From an uncultured Candidatus Saccharibacteria bacterium (GTDB taxonomy: Bacteria > Patescibacteriota > Minisyncoccia > Phycocordibacterales > UBA9973): DNA of 64,000 bases. Shown here piece after piece: positions 57,997-64,000 of this stretch. Under the pieces are notes generated by a model that was not told the DNA's origin, searched no databases, and was given only the letters and a program-made list of their open reading frames with translations. The position numbers were made by a program, and so were the translations under genes. Numbering within the stretch: the first letter of the stretch is position 1; the number at the start of each line of letters is the position of its first letter. The DNA lies in assembly GCA_964426555.1 (NCBI GenBank), contig CAYRQJ010000005.1, positions 5,901-69,900 on the forward strand. Direction: 5' to 3'.

Positions 57997-60900
57997 TTGA
58001 ATTTTATTATGACTAAGTCAAAAATCGTCGCTTTCGTAGCTGCGTTTGCTGTTCTTGTTTCAGCTGGTACAACATCAGCTGCTTACATGTTCAACACAAA
58101 CCTTGGCTTCGGAATGCGCAATAGTGATGTTAAAGAACTTCAAATGCGTCTAAACGCAGAAGTTGCTACAACATTGCCTGGTACAACATACTTCGGATCT
58201 TTAACTAAATCTGCAGTACAAAAATACCAAGCTATGAAGTCAATTTCTACAACTGGATTCGTTGGTCCTTTGACTCGTGCTGCTCTTAATGGTTCTACAG
58301 CTCCATCAGGAAATCTTCCTGCAGGTTGTACAACAACTTCTGGATTTTCTCCAATATCAGGTGCTCCATGTAATGGAACAACAGGAAACACACAAACAGG
58401 TCCTGTAACAGCAATGTTAGCTACAACTAACCCAGCTTCAAGTACTCTTGTTGCAGGTCAAGCTACAGCAAACATGGCTCAATTCACATTTAGTGGAACA
58501 GGTACAGTTACAAGTGTAACTCTACAAAGAATTGGAGTATCAGCTGACTCAACTCCTTCAAACGTGTACCTATTTGATGGTGCTACTCGTTTGACAGATG
58601 CTGCTGCTGTTACAAACAATGGTATGGTAACATTTAACAATCCTTCAGGTATCTTTATGGTAAGTGGTTCAAAAACTATTTCTGTAAAATCTGATATTGC
58701 TTCTGGAACTTCAGGGCAAACTGTTGGATTTAGTTTGAACTCATTTGCTACTTCAGCAGGTACAACTACAGCTAATATCTCTGGAAACATCCACTCAATA
58801 GCTTCAGCTACTCTTGCTACAGTTGCTCACAACACAGTTACTCCTTCATCTGCTACAGTTAATCCTGGTTCAGGAATTACTGTTTGGCAAGATACATTTA
58901 CTATCTCAAACAGAGATGTAATGATGAAGCGTTTAGCTCTTCGCCAAGTTGGTTCAGCTCCTGCTAGTTCTTTCCAAAACTTCAAACTATATGTAAATGG
59001 TTTGCAAGCTGGAACAGCTACTGGTGTTGACGCAATGGGATATGTTACATTTGACATGTCTGCTGCTCCAGTTTCTCTTGTTTCTGGATCACGCGTAGTT
59101 CGTGTTGATGCTGACATCGTTTCAGGTTCTTCAAGAACATTCCAATTTTCACTTCGTCAAGCTGCTGATGTTGACTTCGTTGACTCATCATTTGGCGTAA
59201 ATATTACACCTGGTATCTTTACAGGTTCTACATGTACAAGTTCATGTACTCCTTGGACTTCTGCGGCTGCTAACACAATCTCAGGAACATCAGGAGGAAC
59301 ACTTACAATTCAAAAAGATAATGCATCTCCTTCAACAAGTCTTACTTTAAATGGAAATGACGTTAATCTTGGAACATTCAAAGTAACTGCTTACGGTGAA
59401 GCAATCAAAATTGAAACATTAACACCAGGATTTACATTTACAGATGGTGGTGCAGCTAACGCTGCTGCTACTTTACGTAATGGACGTCTTTTGATTAATG
59501 GTGTCGCTTATGGTTCAACAGCAACATTGCTTGCTGCTGGTACATCATTTACTACAAACTATACAGTGTACCCAGGTACTCCTGTAATGGTTGAAGTACA
59601 TGCTGATGTATACGATAACGATGGAACAGGATCACTTGATACAAGTGATACTATCCAAGCAAAAATCGTAACTGGTTCATCAAATGCACAACGCATGGAT
59701 TCATTGGGTTCATTTAACGCTCCTTCAAGTCCTGTTACAGCTAACACACTTCCTATAGCTACAGGAACAATGACTCTTGCAAAAAATGGTACATATGTTA
59801 ACCAAACAACAACACTTCCTACAACTAACTTCAAAGTTGGTTCATGGAATCTTACAGGTTCTTCAACAGAAGATATTCTTCTAACAACACTTTCACTTGA
59901 TGTTGATGCAGTTTCTGACAACTCATTTGAAAATGGTGATTTGACAAACATGTATGTAGTTGTAAAAAATGGTTCAAATGTAGTTGCTCAACCTTCTGCT
60001 CGTCAAACTGCTACAGCTGCAGATAATAATTTCTCAATAAACTACACTCTTCCAAAGGGTCAAACTTTGAGTATTGAATTATATGCTGATTTAGCTGATG
60101 ATGGTCTTAATGCTGCAGCTGGTTCTGAAGCTATTACTTCAACTGATTCAGTTAAGACAGATCTTACTGTTACAGGTATTTCACTTGTTGGTAATACTTC
60201 TGTAACTGCAACTTCTGCTGATACTGATGGTCAAACAATTGCTTACGGTGCTCCTACTCTAACAGCTACTCTAGATGCTTCATCTCCAGTAATTGCTATG
60301 GTTAGTGATAACCAAACAACAGATTCTGCTGCGTTTAAATTCTCAGCATTAACTGCTAATGCTACTGTTACTGATCTTACATTTACACTTCCAGCTGCTG
60401 CTGCGACAGTTGTTAATAATGTACATCTTTACGAAGGTTCAACTTTGATCGCTTCAAGAGCAGGTGCTACAACAGTTACATTCTCTGGTCTAACATGGGG
60501 TGTTACTGCTAACACATCAAAAGTTCTAACAGTTAAACTAGAATTAGGTTCAATTGGTTACGGTGCTGGTACAACAGGTGCTACATTAACTACAACACTT
60601 ACAGGATTTACTGCTGTTCAAGCAGGAGTTTCTGATGCTTCAGCAAACGATGCTGGTCCATCTATTGAAAATGATCCAGCAGGTGTTGCGTTAATTACTC
60701 GCGCTGCTGTTCCTTCAATATCACAAGGTACACTTTCAACTTCATTAGTTAATGCTATTGAAAATGATATGTACAGCTTCACAGTTTCTCCAGCTGGTGG
60801 TTCAGTTGCTGTAAAACAATTGAAATTCACAGTTGTTGTTAACGATAACGTAGGTACAAACGACACATTGACAGTTGGTTCATTCAAACTGTTCCGTGGT

Positions 60901-61407
60901 TCAACAGATATCACTTCATTAGTTGATATCCACAATACTGCAGGTGCTACAATCGAGAGTACAAACTCTTTGGCTGAAGGTACTTCAACAGCTATTGTTA
61001 CATGGGCAACTGAAGAACAAATTAGTACAGCTACAACATTCACTTTGAAGGCAACTCCAACTGGATTTAGTACTGCTGCTGATGATGATTACATCAATGT
61101 AAACATGGCTTACGATAGTGCAGCTCATACTGCAGCTAATAGTTACTTGATCGACCTTGACACTACAGGGGCACAAGCAACTATCGGTCTTGCACCAACA
61201 GGTGGTGCAGCTCAAGATGATTCAACTCATGGTACTGATGGTGCTACAGTTACTGATGGTCCAAATGTAATTTGGTCTGATATTTCTGCTCTGCCTCACT
61301 CTGAGACAGTTGTAGATGCAGGAACTACTGCTACTTCATCAGCTGATTGGGCTAATGGTTACTTGATACAATCAATGCCTCTAACTGGTCTAACTAAGAA
61401 CAACTAA
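57997..61407 (+). CDS. Large secreted cell-surface protein with N-terminal peptidoglycan-binding domain and long Thr/Ser/Ala/Gly-rich beta-repeat region (S-layer/adhesin-like)
   Basis: Signal peptide, then PG_binding_1-like DVKELQMRLN...GSLTKSAVQKYQA...GPLTRAAL, then ~1000 aa low-complexity beta-rich region. Codon usage is strongly biased and compositionally distinct. Confidence 0.6.
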   Translation: MNFIMTKSKIVAFVAAFAVLVSAGTTSAAYMFNTNLGFGMRNSDVKELQMRLNAEVATTLPGTTYFGSLTKSAVQKYQAMKSISTTGFVGPLTRAALNGSTAPSGNLPAGCTTTSGFSPISGAPCNGTTGNTQTGPVTAMLATTNPASSTLVAGQATANMAQFTFSGTGTVTSVTLQRIGVSADSTPSNVYLFDGATRLTDAAAVTNNGMVTFNNPSGIFMVSGSKTISVKSDIASGTSGQTVGFSLNSFATSAGTTTANISGNIHSIASATLATVAHNTVTPSSATVNPGSGITVWQDTFTISNRDVMMKRLALRQVGSAPASSFQNFKLYVNGLQAGTATGVDAMGYVTFDMSAAPVSLVSGSRVVRVDADIVSGSSRTFQFSLRQAADVDFVDSSFGVNITPGIFTGSTCTSSCTPWTSAAANTISGTSGGTLTIQKDNASPSTSLTLNGNDVNLGTFKVTAYGEAIKIETLTPGFTFTDGGAANAAATLRNGRLLINGVAYGSTATLLAAGTSFTTNYTVYPGTPVMVEVHADVYDNDGTGSLDTSDTIQAKIVTGSSNAQRMDSLGSFNAPSSPVTANTLPIATGTMTLAKNGTYVNQTTTLPTTNFKVGSWNLTGSSTEDILLTTLSLDVDAVSDNSFENGDLTNMYVVVKNGSNVVAQPSARQTATAADNNFSINYTLPKGQTLSIELYADLADDGLNAAAGSEAITSTDSVKTDLTVTGISLVGNTSVTATSADTDGQTIAYGAPTLTATLDASSPVIAMVSDNQTTDSAAFKFSALTANATVTDLTFTLPAAAATVVNNVHLYEGSTLIASRAGATTVTFSGLTWGVTANTSKVLTVKLELGSIGYGAGTTGATLTTTLTGFTAVQAGVSDASANDAGPSIENDPAGVALITRAAVPSISQGTLSTSLVNAIENDMYSFTVSPAGGSVAVKQLKFTVVVNDNVGTNDTLTVGSFKLFRGSTDITSLVDIHNTAGATIESTNSLAEGTSTAIVTWATEEQISTATTFTLKATPTGFSTAADDDYINVNMAYDSAAHTAANSYLIDLDTTGAQATIGLAPTGGAAQDDSTHGTDGATVTDGPNVIWSDISALPHSETVVDAGTTATSSADWANGYLIQSMPLTGLTKNN

Positions 61408-61461
61408 TGTTCATAGTTTAACCAACAAAGGTTAAAAAGTATCTTTCTTTAAAAAAGAAAC

Positions 61462-61490
61462 AAAAACACCCCGAAAGGGGTGTTTTTGTT
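61462..61490 (+). terminator. Intrinsic terminator (ACACCCC-GAAA-GGGGTGT + T-run)
   Basis: Stem at 61466-61483. Confidence 0.75.
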
Positions 61491-61517
61491 TTGGTTAATT
61501 TTTGCTATAATGACTGT

Positions 61518-62177
61518 ATGAAAAATCAAAAAATAAAAAATATAATTATATTATTAACAGTAATATTAGCAGGTTTTCTAATTTTTTCTTATTATTCGAA
61601 ACCAAAAGAATCCTTAAACAATAGTGAAAATACACAAAATCAAGAAGAAGTTACTACAATAGTTGATAAAAATAAAGATACTGGATCTGTTACCCAATCT
61701 TCTGATCTTGAACAAAAATTTAATGCGTCTATGGTTTCAGCTCGAAATGCTATGCTAAAAGCTGATTATTCTTCTGCAATCAAATATTACAATCAAGCTT
61801 TAGAATATAAACAAGATGATACTGCTTACGCTGGTTTGTTTACGGTATATTTAACACAAAAAAATTGGCAAAAAGCTTTTGATTCAGTTAATAAAGCTAT
61901 ATCAATTAGTCCTGTTTGGGGTGATTATTGGAAATGGAAAATATTAGTTATGAACGAAGGCCTGAAAGCAACCTTTACAGATCTAAAAAAAGTTTACGAA
62001 GAAGGGTATTTAAAAACTAAGACAGAAGAAAAAATTAATCTTGTTACTTATTTTGCTAGTATTGCTAGTTCAAAGAATCAAAAAGAATACGCAATTTCTT
62101 TATGGCAAAAAGCTATAGAATTATCTCCCGAAAATAAAGCTACTTATCAAGCAGAAATAGATAGATTAAATAAGTAA
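61518..62177 (+). CDS. Membrane-anchored TPR-repeat protein
   Basis: TPR-like AIKYYNQALEY...AYAGL...WQKAF repeats. TGcTATAAT at 61503-61511 plus a 6-nt spacer. The ORF track starts at 61491. Confidence 0.55.
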   Translation: MKNQKIKNIIILLTVILAGFLIFSYYSKPKESLNNSENTQNQEEVTTIVDKNKDTGSVTQSSDLEQKFNASMVSARNAMLKADYSSAIKYYNQALEYKQDDTAYAGLFTVYLTQKNWQKAFDSVNKAISISPVWGDYWKWKILVMNEGLKATFTDLKKVYEEGYLKTKTEEKINLVTYFASIASSKNQKEYAISLWQKAIELSPENKATYQAEIDRLNK

Positions 62178-62183
62178 GGTCTA

Positions 62184-62206
62184 TATATACAAAATCCCCC
62201 TGATGG
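62184..62206 (+). terminator. Intrinsic terminator (ATCCCCC-TGAT-GGGGGAT + T-run)
   Basis: Stem at 62184-62201. Confidence 0.75.
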
Positions 62207-62249
62207 GGGATTTTGTAATTGTATTATCCATATAATCAATCTAAACTCA

Positions 62250-62304
62250 CCCAATACTTATCCACATGTATAGGTCTTGCCTTAACATGTGGATAAGTAT
62301 TGGG
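62250..62304. repeat. 55-nt perfect palindrome containing a reverse-orientation REP-like unit (copy A)
   Basis: CCCAATACTTATCCACATGT-ATAGGTCTTGCCTTA-ACATGTGGATAAGTATTGGG. The 15-nt core is the reverse complement of the core in copies B and C. Confidence 0.8.
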
Positions 62305-62343
62305 TATTGCTAGTTTTGTTTATTTGTGTTATGGTAGCTTATT

Positions 62344-62850
62344 ATGAAATTACAAGAAATCAAGGCAAAATTATTAAATAAAGTTGATAGCAAAATAGCT
62401 TGGACTATTGTTGGGACATTAGCTATTGTTCTAATCGTTGTGGTACTAGTTTGTAACACAAAAACTAACAAAATTAGTCAAGATGTATTAGATGGTAATA
62501 CAGCAGACAAGACTACTGAATCTAAAGAAGACATTGTAAAGCCAGTTGCTACCACAAAGCCAGTAGTAAAAATGAGTTATGCAAATGCATTAAATATTTA
62601 TAAAGACCGTCGTATTCAATTAAATGACGCTTGTCAGGCTATTCCAAATACAATGACTTTTAAAAACGGTACTACTATAATGATAGATAATCGTTCAAAG
62701 ACAGCTCGTAAACTAAATATAAATGGCGCGTATACTGTGGGATCATACGACTACATAACAGTAAAATTAACTTCAAACACACTACCTAAAACAATTTTAA
62801 TTGACTGTGGAGCTAGTCAAAACGTAGCAACAATCCTGTTACAAAAGTAA
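62344..62850 (+). CDS. Hypothetical membrane-anchored protein, lying between REP-like copies A and B
   Basis: 168-aa ORF with an N-terminal TM helix. Confidence 0.4.
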   Translation: MKLQEIKAKLLNKVDSKIAWTIVGTLAIVLIVVVLVCNTKTNKISQDVLDGNTADKTTESKEDIVKPVATTKPVVKMSYANALNIYKDRRIQLNDACQAIPNTMTFKNGTTIMIDNRSKTARKLNINGAYTVGSYDYITVKLTSNTLPKTILIDCGASQNVATILLQK

Positions 62851-62885
62851 AATAATTTTTAACTTTTAAAAATAAAAATTCCTAC

Positions 62886-62918
62886 TTATCCACATGTTAA
62901 GGCAAGACCTATACATAT
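62886..62918 (+). repeat. REP-like unit copy B (TTATCCACATGT-TAAGGCAAGACCTAT-ACATAT)
   Basis: Direct match to copy C. Confidence 0.8.
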
Positions 62919-63021
62919 CTGTATATGTATATATCTCAAAAGAGCAGCTTTATTGGCTGCTCTTTTTGTTTATACTGAACACCGCTTATTTAGTCTTTAG
63001 GATGTGTTTTCCTAAACTAAG

Positions 63022-63750
63022 TTATCCACATGTTAAGGCAAGACCTATACATGATAAAATTATAATAGTTATGAGTACAAGAAAAGTTTCATTTGTTTTG
63101 GGTGAATATTATCATCTGTATAACAGGGGTAATAGTAAACAACTAATTTTTCTTGATGATTCTGATAAAAGACATTTTATAAATCTTCTTTATTTATCAA
63201 ATACAACAAAAAGAGTTGTGATTGATCGTGTATCTAAAAATATATATGATTTCGACAGGGAAGAATGTCTAGTTTCAATAGGTGCGTATTGTTTGATGCC
63301 GAATCATTTTCATATTTTAATTACCGAAAAAACAAATGGTGGAATAAGTAAATTTATGCAAAAGTTAACAACTGCTTATTCAATGTATTTTAATAAAAAA
63401 TATAATAGAACTGGGGCATTATTTGAAGGAAAATTTAAATCACAACACTTGAATAAAGATGAATACTTGAAATATGTCTTTTCTTATATACACCTAAATC
63501 CTTTAAAATTAATAGATAAAGATTGGAAAATAAATGGAATACAAGATAAAACAAAAGCTTTGAATTACTTAAACACGTATCAAGAAAGTAGTTATTTAGA
63601 CTACCTTGATATTAATCGCAAGCAAGGACTGATACTTGATAGAGGATTATTCCCAGAATATTTTCCAAATAAATATTCTTTCGAAATCGAAATATTTGAC
63701 TGGTTATCTTATAACGAAGATGTATAGGTCTTGCCTTAACATGTGGATAA
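63022..63750 (+). mobile_element. REPtron-like unit: IS200-like/RAYT Y1 transposase gene flanked by inverted REP-like hairpin repeats (copies C and D)
   Basis: Copy C at 63022-63054 (forward) and copy D at 63718-63750 (reverse) bracket the transposase CDS. The stop codon lies inside copy D. Confidence 0.7.
63071..63727 (+). CDS. REP-associated tyrosine transposase (RAYT)/IS200-like HuH Y1 transposase
   Basis: YHLYNRGN, HuH motif LMPNHFHILI, and catalytic-Tyr region YVFSYIHLNPLK. The ORF-track start at 62894 reads through repeat copies B and C, so the ATG at 63071 is preferred. Confidence 0.8.
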   Translation: MSTRKVSFVLGEYYHLYNRGNSKQLIFLDDSDKRHFINLLYLSNTTKRVVIDRVSKNIYDFDREECLVSIGAYCLMPNHFHILITEKTNGGISKFMQKLTTAYSMYFNKKYNRTGALFEGKFKSQHLNKDEYLKYVFSYIHLNPLKLIDKDWKINGIQDKTKALNYLNTYQESSYLDYLDINRKQGLILDRGLFPEYFPNKYSFEIEIFDWLSYNEDV

Positions 63751-63800
63751 CTATGTTTATTTAGTGTTGTGCTTTTTAAAAATTGTTATAATTTAGTTAT

Positions 63801-64000
63801 ATGAATATAAGACAGTTTTATGTGCTGATCTTTACTTTTTTATTAACAAATATTTTTGGAACTAATTTAGTTTTTGCTGATACGACATACAATAATGCTT
63901 TCCAGTTACAAGCTGAAGCTATAAATAACGGGGGATATATAAGGCTAACCAAATCTGGTTCGCCTTATTTTTTTCCTAATAGCTTACAAATTGAAGCAAA
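63801..64000 (+). CDS. Partial CDS: secreted hypothetical protein (3' end outside window)
   Basis: Signal peptide MNIRQFYVLIFTFLLTNIFGTNLVFA. TGtTATAAT at 63784-63792 plus an 8-nt spacer, then ATG. Confidence 0.4.
   Translation, partial: MNIRQFYVLIFTFLLTNIFGTNLVFADTTYNNAFQLQAEAINNGGYIRLTKSGSPYFFPNSLQIEA

Noticed and set aside
58140-61215. Six minus-strand ORFs (58140-58391, 58479-58790, 58827-59117, 59559-59951, 60618-61043, 60985-61215) inside the surface-protein gene
   Set aside because: They are antisense to a long, continuous 1136-aa ORF with strong codon bias. Their translations are low-complexity Val/Ala/Thr strings typical of antisense artefacts.
62894-63070. 5' extension of the transposase ORF (277 aa version)
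   Set aside because: The extension is a translation of REP-like repeat copies B and C (for example SYPHVKARPIH). The conserved Y1-transposase N-terminus YHLYNRGN begins shortly after the ATG at 63071.
62250-63750. CRISPR array or chromosomal origin (oriC) interpretation of the repeated 31-nt unit
   Set aside because: There are only four copies, in mixed orientation and irregularly spaced (~600, ~136 and ~700 nt), with no cas genes. The DnaA-box 9-mer is only part of a longer unit that brackets a transposase gene. No dnaA/dnaN or obvious AT-rich DUE lies adjacent. Kept only as a minor alternative.
1-64000. Alternative genetic code (UGA recoding)
   Set aside because: All long conserved ORFs are intact and terminate sensibly under the standard bacterial code. 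No in-frame TGA read-through is needed.

Overview
This is an AT-rich bacterial chromosomal segment. It is densely packed with roughly 60 protein genes, almost all on the + strand, separated by short intergenic GC-rich palindromic hairpins followed by T-runs that look like intrinsic terminators.

Identifiable housekeeping genes:
- Translation: rpsL-rpsG-fusA, secE-nusG-rplK, rpsF-ssb-rpsR, efp, ileS, glyQS, metG, a stand-alone tRNA-binding-domain protein, an RluA-family pseudouridine synthase, and an RRM RNA-binding protein.
- Replication and repair: recA, ftsK, recO-like, ruvX, tatD, a PIF1/RecD-family helicase, and ssb.
- Nucleotide metabolism, unusually rich: a MazG-like pyrophosphatase, a ThyA-family enzyme, dCMP deaminase, folA, glyA, nrdAB, tmk-like and dut.
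- Envelope and transport: a pilMNO-like cluster, MscS, MscL, a MacAB-like ABC efflux trio, a SIMPL protein, an FKBP PPIase, an AI-2E transporter, DgkA, a GT2 glycosyltransferase, M16 and M24 peptidases, and a 1136-aa surface protein with a peptidoglycan-binding domain.

One tRNA lies on the minus strand at 5092..5163, with a probable GCG anticodon. An Ile-specific T-box leader precedes ileS.

Five things stand out:
1. The ThyA-family protein carries Asp at the Asn177 specificity position, which predicts a dCMP rather than dUMP substrate. It sits in a cluster with MazG, dCMP deaminase, DHFR and SHMT.
2. An IS200-like/RAYT Y1 transposase is flanked by inverted copies of a 31-33 nt hairpin repeat, a REPtron-like unit, with two more copies upstream.
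3. IleRS has a complete histidine-phosphatase (PGM-like) domain nested in its catalytic core.
4. A recurrent TGnTATAAT–6-8 nt–ATG arrangement at 14 or more genes implies leaderless mRNAs.
5. A family of GC-rich hairpin repeats occurs in five places, including inverted copies bracketing a DUF559 endonuclease gene.

The lineage is only inferred as a reduced-genome, AT-rich bacterium, possibly Patescibacteria-like. No CRISPR array and no rRNA were seen. All calls rest on reading the sequence and ORF translations by eye; no searches were run.
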